A stretch of DNA of 64,000 bases from Trichoplax sp. H2 (taxonomy: Eukaryota): NCBI GenBank assembly GCA_003344405.1, contig NOWV01000024.1, positions 186,001-250,000 of the forward strand. Reading direction: 5' to 3'. Positions 39,801 through 53,473 of the stretch are shown here, one piece after another (position 1 is the first letter of the stretch; every line of letters starts with the position of its first letter). Made by a program: the position numbers and the translations under genes. The notes beneath the pieces are model-generated. The model saw only the letters and a program-made list of their open reading frames with translations, was not told the origin of the DNA and ran no database searches.

Positions 39801-42800
39801 ACAAGTTGTACCTTCCCAGCCTGGATTACAGGAGCAATTAAAATAATTTATGAAATCGCGGCAATTTCCATTTAAGCAGGGGGTTGAACTACATTCGTTG
39901 ATATCTGCATCGGAAATAGAATAAATTATCCTATCTATCATAAGGAAATGTTAGTTTATGGTAGTATTAATCGAGGAAACTGACCAGTCTGGCAAGTCTT
40001 GCCAGTAAACCCAGGCAAGCATTGGCAAATAAATCCATCCAGTAAGTTAACACACTGACCGTTAAGGCAGGGGCTGGAGTTGCATTCATTAATTTCTAGA
40101 ATAGCGTAGATTATTAGTAAAATTACTGTAATATAGAGGTACATCGGGTTTTGGCCGCAACATAGATAAACCTTTACTTCTTTCTAAGCGCTCTGACACG
40201 AAATATTAACGCCTAATAGTGTAACCATTTAGCACATCCTGTATGGCCTAAGTAACTATTGATCACATTATAGTATTCTATACGTAATAGCTAAATCGAA
40301 TCCAAACTGTTATTTGTAGTAGTAGGTTTGATAATGCTATAAATAAGCTGAATTTACTCATTGGAATTTGTTAATTTTCTTTTACAGCTACGTAATACTT
40401 CTATTACTTCTGAGTGCTCGAAAGCTAAAATATTAATAAAATAACAAACCGCAAATATATCGAAATCTTATTGCATTTTCCTACAATTTGTTTACACTCG
40501 TACTATAAACTCGTTTATTTTCTCATTAAATAAATCATAAGCATCTCTATTATGCGAAAAACCATTTGATATCCAAGCTCTTGCTAGAACTACATATCCT
40601 ATTATTTATGTTACCGATTCCGAAGTAATAGATAATACCTTGATCGCAAATGAATCCTTCCCAACCTGGCTGGCATGAGCAATTATAGCTATTGACTAAA
40701 TTATTACACTGGCCATTTTTACATGGATTGGAAAGGCATTCATCCACATCTAAGATGCATCGAAGTAGGCAATTTGAAAGGATGTAAATGACATGAATTT
40801 AAGGAACTGTATTCAAAGAGTTATTTTAATAAATTGACTTCACTGATTTCCCATAAAATGAATAAGATCAAATTTGTTGGTTTGCAAGTTGCAAACACTT
40901 ATGCTTTAGTTATTACTTGTTTTAACTAACCTTCATTGCATATTGTGCCTTTAAAGCCATCGAAACATTTACAACTAAATTGATTAATTTCATCTGTGCA
41001 ATTTCCATTAATGCACGGATTAGATAGACACTCATCAATGCCTTAAGTAGAAGTAAGAAATTATTTGTCATTCTTACTAATTAAGATAAATAGAATATTC
41101 TACTTGACATAAATTTTACGTAGTCAATCTTGAATTACCAGAAGTACAAATGGCCCCAGTCCAACCTGAGAAACATTGACACGAGTAACTATCCACTAAA
41201 TTACTACAATTTCCATGGATACAAGGGTTAGAAGTGCATTCATTGACATCTAAGAGAAAGAGACCGCAGCAATATAAGCAATAATATAATCTCCCTGAGC
41301 TAATAATAAATTTCTTTACCTGTATTACAAACTAAGCCAGTATAACCAGAATTACATTGGCAGCTAAATTTATTTATGCCATCAGTACAATTTCCGTGAA
41401 TACATGGACTTGATAGACATTCGTCAACATCTTTGTAATAAGAGTAAAAGTATTTATTTTATCATTTAATAACTAGAGATGCTTATACTACATATTCAAC
41501 TTAATTATCGAATCCAATGGATAGTTACTGGTATAGCATTATCAAAGAAATGCTATATCTCAGTCAGTATGAAAATAATTAAGAAGACTTACTGATGGTG
41601 CAAATACTGCCTGTCCAACCAGATCGACATGTGCAATTATATTCGTTTAAAAAGTTATTGCAATAGCCATTAATGCAAGGATTTGAGCTGCATTCATCAA
41701 TATCTATATGGAGCAAGCAGTGAGAAAAACAGGGGATAATATAAAAAAGACAATAAAATGGCAAGATACACCAGTTAAAATAATATAATATTTTAATTTT
41801 ACTTCATTTTTAAATCAAAATTTGTACCATCATTGCATATATTTCCTGTAAAGCCAGCATCGCATTGGCAGGTATAACCATTCACTTGATCGATGCAATT
41901 TCCATGAATGCAAGGATTAGACTGGCATTCATCGATATCTTGGAGGAAATTTAAACAAAAGATCAATTATAGGTAGACATAACGATATTAATATTTTCTT
42001 AGCTAGACTGATTGAAACAATTACCTATTTCACATCGTGTTCCAGTCCATCCAGTAGAACATGTGCAATTATATTGCTTTAATAAATTATTGCATTGACC
42101 ATTTAGACAAGGGCTGGAAGTGCACTCGTCAAAATCTGCAAAATAACAAGATATATACCCATAGGATATCGAAATAGAAAGTGAATTGCATTCAAGAAAA
42201 TACTTCGCAGTAAAGCCGAATTTTTAAATGTGATCAAGGTTAAATCATACTAACCGTCATTACAAGTTTTTCCGGTATACCCGATAAAGCAATTGCATTC
42301 GAAACTATTAATGCCTTGGGAACAATTTCCATAAATACATGGGTTGGATAAACATTCATCAATGTCTGCAAAATTGAATGTCATTACAATTGGATTCAAA
42401 GATCGAGTGTATCATATCCTATATTAAGCTGGCGCCTACTAGTAGAAACTAAAATAAAGCAAAAAATGCCACACCTAGGGTGCAATGTGTTCCATTATAT
42501 CCTGGGCTACAAATACATGTATAGCTATTAATATTATCCTGACAGACGCTGTTATTTCCACATGGTGAAGATAAGCAATCGTCAATATCTAATGATAGAG
42601 ACAAAATTTTGATAATCTTTAATAACCATTTAGTCATCTTTATTAGATAATAGATTACGATGTAGTCATATTATAATATACTTGTCTGGCAGTTATTTCC
42701 AGTAAATCCAGGAGAACAAGTACAATTATAGTAGTTCAGGTAATCATTGCAATCACCATTCTGGCAGGGATTCGATTGGCATTCATCAATGTCTATAATG

Positions 42801-45800
42801 ATAATAAAATGCGATTAGATATTTGACTGGGTGCAAGATTCTATCCATTAGATCATTTAAAAGGCCTAACTATGATACAATATTGCTACTTTAGTAATTA
42901 CAACTACTTAGGTATATGTATAATAGTAAATTACGGTGATTCTTCTCTATGTAAAATCTATCACCGATTACTCGACTAGTGCTATAAAGTTACTCTTAAT
43001 AAATGTGTAGATCATTATTTGACTACATTCACTATATAGTAAATAGAATTACCTGACTGGCATTGTAAACCTGCCCAGCCTGTATGGCAACTGCAAATAT
43101 ATGCATTAATTCGATGATAACAATCTCCATTAATACAAGGTTTGGATTGGCATTCATTGATATCTAGAGAATTAATAATAAAATAGAATAGCTTGAATAC
43201 TCGTATTAGCAAATAGTAGCTTCTTAATTAATGGATTGCAGTCTATCCTCCACGTAATCTAGCTAGATTTGAATTCCATAATATTTTAAGCAGCTTATTT
43301 ATGCCTTTCTATATTAAAATATTTATGAATGAAAGAAAAAATTACTAGATACGTATAGTAATTGCGGAAATTTAATTGTATGCATTTTCGAAGAAATGAC
43401 CAGCTTTAATAATAGCTACGAAAATCAATATACTAAATAAATCTCGCTAAATTATAAATATTCCTTTTAATTAGCGATGCATGGCTATGTAGCTATTGGT
43501 CCGATTGACAGATGTAAATTACATTATCGTTAAAAAGTGAGTTAGTTCAACTTGAAATCTTACTGAATTGAGAAATACCTGGTTTTAATATTAGTCTGCC
43601 TTAATCTTATACCTGTTTGGCAGTTGTATCCATCGTATCCTGGAAAGCAGCTACAGTTATAGGCCGCAATTTGATCATTGCAATTCCCATGAATGCATGG
43701 ATTTGAGGAGCATTCATTAATTTCTAAAATCAAATAGATAATAGAAGTAAAGGCCTAGAAGGAAGTAATAATCACGTTAGGAAGAGATTCAGTCTCACCT
43801 TGTTCACAAGTATTTCCAAAGTATCCTGCTTCACAGTCACAACGGAAGGAATTAACTTGATTTTGACATGTGCCAAAAATGCAAGGACTGGATTGGCATT
43901 CATTGATATCTGGAATAGAGTTTAAGTCGACCATTATAAAGGTATAAAAATTAATACACTCGTATCGATGTTCGATACCTGTTCTCTGTAAAAGACAATT
44001 ATTAAATTGGAAAAGACTTTATACACTGAATATAACTTCATTACCTAAATCACAGCTAAATCCACTCCATCCTCCTTCGCATGTACAGTTATAATAATCG
44101 ATGTAATCAAGGCAAGTGCCATGTTGGCAAGGACTTGATAAACATTCATTAATATCTACAAGGCAAGGAAATTTATTAGTTAAAATGTAGGTGAAATCCT
44201 TCAATTTCAAGAAATTTCATTTACTGTTTTGGCAATGGATTCCAGTCCAACCAGGTTGGCAAGTACAGTTATATCCATTAATGTAATCTTCACACATTGC
44301 TTGATTAAAGCAAGGTAGTGAGGCACATTCATTTACATCTATAGTTTATTACCATTTCATAAAATGATGCCAATAAATTAATGATAAATAGATCTCAATG
44401 ACGAACAAACTCAGTTTTATCGACTCTGGAGTAAATCAAGTTACTTATTGAGCAAATAGTTCCTTTCCATCCTGGATCACATGTACAGTTGTAACTGTCT
44501 ACTATATCTATACATTTTCCGTTGATACAAGGACTGGATTGGCATTCATCAATATCTAAAATAGGAATAATTTTGATTTAGAACGGTGAAGAACGAATTA
44601 TTTTACTTGACGAGAAGCTTTTAAGTCCCATACTTATATTACAGTTGGATCCTTTCCAACCGGAATCACAAGAGCAATTATATCCATTAATCAAATCTTG
44701 GCAGATACCGTAGATACAGGGCGAAGATTGGCATTCATCGATATCTATATTTGACAATTTAGATTGGACATCGTGAGTAATTACCCTAGTTTATTTATAC
44801 GTATCACCAATGAGGTAGGTAGGAGTCTAAAATTTCGATTGCGGTAAAATTTCTAGACTAACCTATATGGCAGTTGGTTCCATTCCAGCCACCGAAACAG
44901 GAACAACTATATTGATTTAAGTAATCGTTACAGAGTCCATTGGCACAGGGATTGGAATTGCATTCATTAATTTCTAATTTAAAATGAACGGCATCGGTGA
45001 ATACATTATCTTAATGGTATTTAGCAAATACAATAGAGCAAGAGATTATAGTTAAAATAAACTATAGAGAGGGGCTTGGCAAGCTTACCTTCGCTGCAAT
45101 TGTAGCCTGCATAGCCTGCTGTACAGTTGCAGGTAAATTCATCAACAAAATCTGTGCAAGTACCATGAATGCAAGGATTTGATGCACATTCGTTAATATC
45201 TATAGCATAATGAGAAAAATTTAATCAATCTTCCTAGTCACTAATTACACTTTAAGCTACATTCTCCTGGCTACATTCCCTGGAAATTAAGTAACCGATG
45301 AACTACATTTACGATGATCATCAAACTAGATCCGGTATGAGTTGATAGGGTTCTTCGACATCAAAGTTATACGTAAACTAATCAACGGCAGAAACATGTA
45401 GAGAATAACTACTTATTGCTATAGTACATAGGCTTATGTTTAATGCATAGAAATGCATAAATCAATTATTCGATCCTTGTATGAATAATATTCAGATGTG
45501 ATTGAAGGTCCTATCATGTATTGCCAATCGTGAAATCATTTTAACAAGTCTACACTGTCAGTATTGCGTATATATCTCACCCGTTTGGCATCGATGACCA
45601 GTATAACCGGGATCACAAATGCAAGTTAATGTTGAATTGCCTTCAGTATCGATGCAGGTTGCGTTATTTTGACATATAGTCCCACACGTTCTGGTATCTA
45701 ATTACGACAGCATGATACAATAATATAATAAATCATATATATTTATGATTAATCTATTCAAGCTAATACCGTATAAAGATGAATTTGTTAATACATGATT

Positions 45801-48408
45801 TCATAGCGATTTAGAAATTGTATTATGTTGATTTTTGGTTTTGAAAAATCGAAATTAAAATAAGCGCATGGTATTAGTTGATCAGTTGCCTAGAATAAAT
45901 TATTGCAAAAAGTATGATCTATGTTACTTGACTGTAAAATTATTCTAATGAACTATAATAAAAACTGTAGCTAGTAGAAAGCTACAGAGTGGCCAACTCG
46001 ACCTCTTATGAGCAAATTCGATGTCAATACTTTATATCTTGCAGTGCAATCTAACCTGAGACACTCATGCTACTTTTAGATATTCTCGAAGAGCAGATGA
46101 TTATTACATGCCATGCAAAAGGCAATAAGCCTCGTACTGGCTAGGGTTTACAGGTTGCTATCTTGCAATGACCTACCTAGATGGATCAACTGAAGGTAAT
46201 TCTCTTCGAAACCACACAGAAATGTTGGCTTTAATATCCAATAACGTGTTAGAATTATTTGACATGCTTGATTACGTGTTTCTTGATAGGTTATTGAAGG
46301 CGAAGGAAGTTTAACACCAGGACAGTCTTGACCATCGTAGACTAGAGGCTGACCAATAGACGACGGAGCAAGATCTTCAGGACATACTACAGTTACATTG
46401 GCAGGTTCAAGGTATTCTTGCAACGGATAGGCAATAATAATTCTTTGCATGCCTTCAGCAGAAGTATTACAATCATCGGATACAAACCAGTGTCGATCAA
46501 TTTGTAGACCACAGCTTGAATTAGTGATCTGGTCTATATAAGAAATAGGATTGATTGTGCAGCGAAAATCATCCGTTGCATTTGCATAGCCAGTAGTTAT
46601 TGGGTTGGAGCTAATATTTTGAGGAGCACAACTCCTAGATGTCAAATTGGATGGGATAAAAAGTTGTAATGGAGATTGAATTAAATCTTCATCGATGCGT
46701 CCATCACCATCATCATCAATTCCGTTAGGCAATTCTTCATCTACTCGATAATCACAGTCATTATCCAATCGATCAGCTGGTTTACCGATGGGTTTACAAA
46801 TAAGTGATAACGATTGGCCTCCTGGGTATCCTAAACCTGTAGAAGAACCGGCACCATAAACTCCAACGCCAAAGACGACGTTAGGATCCAGATGATTTAA
46901 GGTGATGCTGCTATCTTGAGCTGGTATGGTGTAGTAAGCGACAGAAATATTAGTATTATTCACCAAAGACCAGGAAAAAGAGTAGGAAGCATTATTTAAT
47001 AGCAAACCAGTTATCTGATCACTCTCTATTTGGATATAAACATGAATATCACCAGAAAAAGAAGCTCCAAGTAACTCTGGTACAGCTACTCGATAATAGT
47101 TCAAGAATTGTTTTAGAGGTGTAACTGTGATCATCCATGAACTTTTCAATCTGTGTCGACTATAAGAAATAACTAAACATGGCTGGCTGCATTGCAAGAG
47201 TATCTGCTTGTTTTTAGCTAATTCAACATCAGTATATTGTGCTACATTTAGAGTAGTATTAATTTTTCCTTCTCCATATATCTTTGTGTTATTATAGCCT
47301 GCTACGATTCGAAATAAGACACTATCGCTAACAGGAAAAGCATTTAATATATAATTGACGCCCCAAGTAAGTAGTGGAGGCAATTGCTCAATTAAATTAT
47401 TATGTATTCCTGAAGTAAATTTTTTGCGTTTATTACCACTTACAAGCATGATTGGCTTATCGGATTGAATCCATGTCCCGGTTAAATCTAAATTTGAACT
47501 TATAAATTGAAATAATTGACTTTGATTTAATGCAATCGTTAAGACGTCTTGTGGGCTATAAACTTGGCCAAGATAAGTAACTGATATTGGAAATGTAATA
47601 TTAACTTGAGTAACATTTTCAGTACCAATAATAGCAAATTGTGATTGCGTTGTTGGAACTTGCGTTACAACAGCATATTTTGTCATTAAAGAAGATTTAG
47701 GAAGAGCTAAATAACCTTCTGTGGAGATCTGCGATGAAATATATACATTGATTCCAATGGATGAGTTGGCTAAAATTTTTATTACTTTCCCACTAAAACC
47801 AATAGCATCGTTGAGCAAAAAATCTAATGGAATTGAAAGTTTTGTTATTGTGCTAGCAGATGATATTATAGTGCTGTAGCTATAATCCAATTCGCCATGT
47901 GAAGTAATACTAATGAAAGTTGATGATGACTGGCTCATAACGGATAACGATAATTCCTCATTTAAACCTCCAATCTTTAACATTGGCAAGAATCCTATAT
48001 AAAACTCTTGGCCATAGCTTGTAGAAGCCTCACCTAATTAGCAATATTAGTGGAATGCAAGCATGAGATATTTAAGAACAGATAGGTAATGATTGCTCTA
48101 AATGATTCAGTAATAATGTTATTGCAACTTTGCTATGAAATGGTAATACTCCTTAGCTGTGCTCAAGTAAACTGAACGAGAATTTAATTCTATTACTATA
48201 TTAAAGTAACAATCTAAAAGTTTTCAATTGCACTACGCTAATGTATAGAGAATTTAATGTAGCTAAGCAAGGGTAAACCAAAGCAGAAATAATTGCTTTG
48301 ATTTCAAAGTTTATTAAGAGAATAAAACAGCGTATCATCATATAGCCTACCTGGAATTACTGAGGAGGTTAGAATGGAAATGAGGATGAATAAAATGAAT
48401 CTGACCAT
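30893..48408 (-). CDS. Adhesion GPCR: signal peptide, IgGFc-binding domain, HYR-like repeats, 27 EGF, Ig, HRM, GAIN/GPS, 7TM, acidic tail (~55 exons; last exon uncertain, stop at ~30893-30963)
   Basis: Exon 1 48408-48351 [19 protein letters not shown]; exon 2 48033-46177 ([37 protein letters not shown]); 27 phase-1 EGF exons 45697-38331; Ig exons 37648-37269; HRM ([29 protein letters not shown]); GPS ([27 protein letters not shown]); 7TM exons 33957-32093 with CWL..AFIGP and the TM7 QG motif. Confidence 0.88.
34793..35050. repeat. Degenerate tandem duplication (~170 bp period) in an adhesion GPCR intron
   Basis: aatttgatttatt.gat.t.atatagt.agtcaat...ctaatatttaaaatt at ~34803 and ~34972. Confidence 0.65.
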
Positions 48409-51287
48409 TTTCTATCGCGAATTAATCATACAGAATCTAGAAACAAATAAAATTCCTTCAATAATATAAAATGAATTGCTCAAGAGGTTTGAAAATTTTT
48501 TAAATTAGAACTTCTAGATGCCGAAAGATAATAATTAGTCCAAACAGGATGTGAGAAATTATTTAATAATACTAGAAGTCTTCCTTGAGCTATGCAAGCA
48601 TCAAATATTATTGTTATGTTAGCGAATATTCTAACAGGAAGCATTCTACTGTATAATTATCATTATTGAAAGAGAAGTTTGAGACAATAATTAAATACAA
48701 TAAAGTTATTTCAGTTCTGTCATCTCAACTTGTAAAATTATAGGAGAAAATCAATCTATTCAGGCAAATCTACTTTTGAACAGTGATAATGGCTAGATAG
48801 TCCCTAAACAATTACTTTTTATTCAAATAGATCTAATACAAGGCAGAACTTAAAATCAAGTCAAGTGAGTCTACCTCAAGATATAGTTGAGGTCAGGCAG
48901 GATTCCCATAAACTTTCTATCTGTATCCGTTAAATCACTGCTATCAAAATATTATGACCCATAGAAATTAATCAGGTTCCTTTCTCTTACGAACAACTTT
49001 TACTAAAGATCAAGGTCATTTACTTTTCTAAATTGATGCCTGTACAATTAAACTCTATCAAGTGTAGACCAAATGAAACTTGGAAACTACCCTTCCTAGG
49101 CATAAATTCATTAATTTATTGACTAAAAGTTTAAAGAAATGCTTAAAATCTTTTCACATATTGAGTATAAGTTATGTAATATTCTATGATTAAATATTGA
49201 AAGGAATAATGGGATTACTGGCCTTTAAAGAATAATCTTGAACTAAAATAACGTATTCCGTGCAATGAAAGATCAAGAACTGTTTCTCTATCTCTATAAT
49301 TTCTTCTTCTCTAGCCAAGTAAATAATCATACTTTGAAATAACATTAGCTAATATAATACGCGATGCAATGAATAATATCCTGAAAATATAATGTATGTC
49401 AGAACAGAATCTATATGGTCGTCTAATAAATGGACTTACTATCTACCTTTTGGACTACCACTGAAGTACATTATGGAATGATTCATGCAGTAATGTGGTC
49501 AATATGCAAATAAATAGAAGCTGTCCGCATTATTCACTTTTACATCAAATTGACTCAATGGATAATGAAGGTACCTTTGGCAGAATAAAATTGGAATAAA
49601 AATTCTGTTCGCTCTTCAACGGAAATTTCTTGAAGGAATATTAACTTGATCATAAATCAAGGATAAAGCATGTTCTTTGTCAGCAGATGGGATAGTAAGG
49701 ATTGAATTGGATTAGCCACATTGACATTATTGAATGACGTTAACCGTCCACTAGCCAATGTTGGATAAAGTAGATAAGATTGTTCTTAATATCAAGAAAT
49801 TAAACTAATTAACTTTCTACAGTTTCAGCAATGTGTTGATGACAGTATTGTTGCTCCATCATGGGCGGCGGAATGCTCATGGCTAGGACAAAAGATTGCA
49901 AACCTCGCCTAAACTGCATTGTTGATATTTTCATCTTCTGATCATCGCTCTTCATCAATAAGCGATAAAAATAATCTCTTCAAAACTATGACTTAATTAA
50001 TAATGGAGTGTCAACACTATTATCTTATCTAAGGCATTTTGATACAATAGCCAATCGTATTTAGCTTCGCGAATGTTTGAGTACAAAGGAAAATGATTTA
50101 ATTATAGATAAGCGGTTGCTAGATTAATATTATTTTACTGATTAATAAACAATCAACTAGATGGGAAAGTAATCTTAATCGGATATTTTCAAATAAAAAC
50201 ATTATGCCAAGAATAATATTACGCCACAAAGAAGATTCTACTATAGCTTCAATCCTATCAATGACTATAAATTGCTGTGTTTTGATATTCATAGCCTTAA
50301 CAATTCATCTTTGTTAAAATGAAAATTGTGGAATAGATGAATGGTTTAACATTTACAGCTAAATATATTTCTATTCAGGCTGATTATGTAATGCATCTGT
50401 TGGATAAGTGTAATGTAACTTAGTATCGTGATTGTAGACTGTTAGCCATGTTTAGTATACAGTAATGTACGGTAGATATTTATCCTAAGAGATATTTGGT
50501 AGCTATAACTATAGATTGTAGTGGTAGAGACTCTATGCTAGAGTACAGATCACTATATACAGTAAGCTGTTGAGTTACTAATAAGGCTATACGTAAAATA
50601 GAACTGTAAATCATATATTAGGATATGGTTAATTCATTGTACTTTGGCTGGAGTCAATAATGTCTACGTAAGTACTGTAGTCGTATCCATATTGGATTAA
50701 TGATGGTCCGCAGTAGAATAGTCTTACTAAGAATAATTTAACTATGTGTAAAATAAGGTAAAAGGTTGCTATGCGGATTGTAGCTGCGAATGCTACGGAA
50801 AGTATAAAAGCATGCAACTTTAGATTATTCTATTAGTTCGTTCTAGAAGTCTTTACTAGTAGTATTCGGCTAAAGTAGAGCTGTGTGTAGTTAATCTTTG
50901 TATAAGATTCAATAAAGCCCTTATTTTTCTAAAATTTGGAATCTCGTGATTAGTATATATCACAATAAGTAATGTCGTTTATGCATAGATGAATAACAAG
51001 ACGTGTCGTTTATAATCTTTTAATTTCATCTATTTCTGTAGCAATTTTACCTTGGCAACAATGTTGAAACTTGATTTCTCTATTCTCTAGTTCATAAACA
51101 TGAAAAAAGTGCAACATTATTCTTTCTCCTCACGAGACGCACTACAATAACCTATTTAAATAGATTAGATCTAATATAAAAATGGTATCGAGTAAAAATG
51201 AAAGCAATGGAATCTGCTTTGTAGGCGTAATTTGTTGGTTTGACTGTGATTTATAGCCGTTACTTTAAAAATTATTAAAGATTATCC

Positions 51288-51725
51288 TATTTTTCGATTT
51301 AAAGCAATGATAATAAGTCTATTTATAGTAAATTAATTAACAGCAAGTATCGACTGGACAGATTGAAGTTGTTTGGGATACCCTGTTATTTCAGAAATTA
51401 TTAAATGTTATTCTATTTTTCGATTTAGAAGATAGCTAAGTCTATTTATAGTTGACTGGTTATCAGTTAGTCGCTACGGAACAGATTGAATTTGTTTGGA
51501 ATATCGATGATTTTAATGCAGGGTTCAATATAACAAGTTTAGAACTTTTCTTATTGAGGAAAGATGCATACGAAGAAGACAGATATTGATGACGTATACA
51601 TACATATATTCTGCTAAAAATTTTTATTGGATGGACCATCGTTGATACCCAATTTCACTATAAATTATGATGATGCGACGTTATTTTTTCAATTTAGAAC
51701 GAATAAAAGTTCTATTTAAAGTTAT
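51288..51725. repeat. Degenerate dispersed/tandem repeat (~127 bp x2 plus a partial third copy)
   Basis: tatttttcgattta...aagtctattt.atagt...acagattgaa.ttgtttgg.ata at ~51288 and ~51415, with a weaker copy at ~51682. Confidence 0.6.
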
Positions 51726-53473
51726 TCAATTACCGGTGAATTTCGACAAGGAGAATTTAATTTGATAATGACAGCAGGAATTACAACATGGAGTTCAATG
51801 TAATTCTTGTAAACATTTTTTATTGGATAAAGACCGATGGCTAGTAATTGGTGATAGAATATATTGCCTATTGATTTTGTAAAATGATGGACTTTTTAAT
51901 AAATGTGGTAACATATTGTTTTTTTTAACACATTTGCAGATTTCGTAATTCAGTAAGATATTAGATTAACAAATGAAGAGTAGCATATATTCATACACTA
52001 ATAAGACTAGAATTAAGTGATAGAAAATAACGTAATGGCTAACTTAAGTTTATTAAGTGATTAAATCATAGAACACAACTTAGCGAATTTATGTATTTAT
52101 CACGACATGGAGGTAAAGATGGTTCTAGCCAAGATGTTGATACCAGTACTTGGACTAACTTGAGAGCTTATATCGGTTTTAATAGGAAAGTTTCTAGCAA
52201 ACTCACGACCGGAGTCCAAAATTTACAACTTGTAGTTGAGAGTATTACCGGAAGATTGCCGATGAATTACTGATCGTTAAATCATGGAATGAAAATAAGG
52301 CAATTATGATAAAATGCTTCATTTCAAGTTTATTAATTTAATTAACGCATACCTGTACATCAGAAAGCAAGCATATTACATAAATTCTTAGATAGCAATA
52401 AGTACTAAGAATAATTATGCCAGCATTTCTTTAGACGCAGATTAATTCAAAATAGATTTTCTATCAGATATTTATCTCATAAGTTAAGCAATATTATCAA
52501 AATAATTACGGTAGTTATATAAATGAAGCCTTTATTTATGTTATTTAGATCATTTCTCTTAATGTAGACTGTTACGAATACAGGTAATTATGGCCATGAA
52601 CTCTATTCCAAAAATCGATAGATTATAATCCTGTTCAAACTGCCTCTCATAGAGGCGCAATACGCTAAAGTTTGTCCTTGAGTAATCAAAATTTTCAGAT
52701 TATCGAAGTTGATCTCTTTACTCGTATATAAATAGCTATATTCAGTATGTGAATAATTACAGAAGTAGTAGTTATTGCAATAATTAAAAAAATTATATCA
52801 CTTTGATTATTACAGTGTATTAATATCGCAACACGTTAACTAATATCTTATTAGATTATAGTGATCATAATTTGACTTGTGATATCAATGTGTAAATAGC
52901 CGTATTCCGTTTCGAAATAATCATCGAATTATAAGGATAATTAAATCCTAAAGCTATCTGCAGAAAGGCCATTAGTCAAGCCAAGATATTATAGCAAATT
53001 TGAGAAATTTCTATCTAATTTCGTGGATGCAAGGAATTGTTATAGTCAGTATCTCTACTAATTTACTATACAAAAATTGAATTGCATGAAGTAGAGTAAT
53101 CAAGAGCACCTAATTACTAAATATAACAAATTTATTAACCAACCATGCTGACACTTTTGCTCTTTAATGCAGCATTTTAGACATTCATATTGTTAAGATG
53201 TTACCATATGATTAAGTATTATTAATCTAGCAAATCTGTCAGTCTATTACAAATAGATAAATATATCAGTTTTCCTTAATTGAAACTTAAATCATTCATT
53301 ATACTCATTATAAACTCAATTGATAAAGATGCATGAATTGCATTAGACAGGCTTCTAGACGGTATCTTTAAGTGTACTAAAAGTATAAAAGTCTTAAGAA
53401 ATAAACGATAGAAAGATAATCGCTATTGCTATGCAATTTTTCCTGTTGATAAAATAGTATTTTTAGGTTAAGT

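Noticed and set aside
38331..45697. Notch, Delta/Jagged or fibropellin call for the EGF array
   Set aside because: No LNR, ankyrin, DSL, CUB or avidin domain is present, and the array splices in phase into Ig-HRM-GAIN-7TM.
51046..51059. X-box-like TTTACCTTGGCAAC upstream of the adhesion GPCR
   Set aside because: It has a mismatch in the GTT half-site and lies 2.6 kb from the ATG, which is compatible with chance.
48500..53400. Hidden gene in the long intergenic interval (ORFs 50629-50817, 52091-52273)
   Set aside because: Short ORFs with no motifs and no consistent exon chain.
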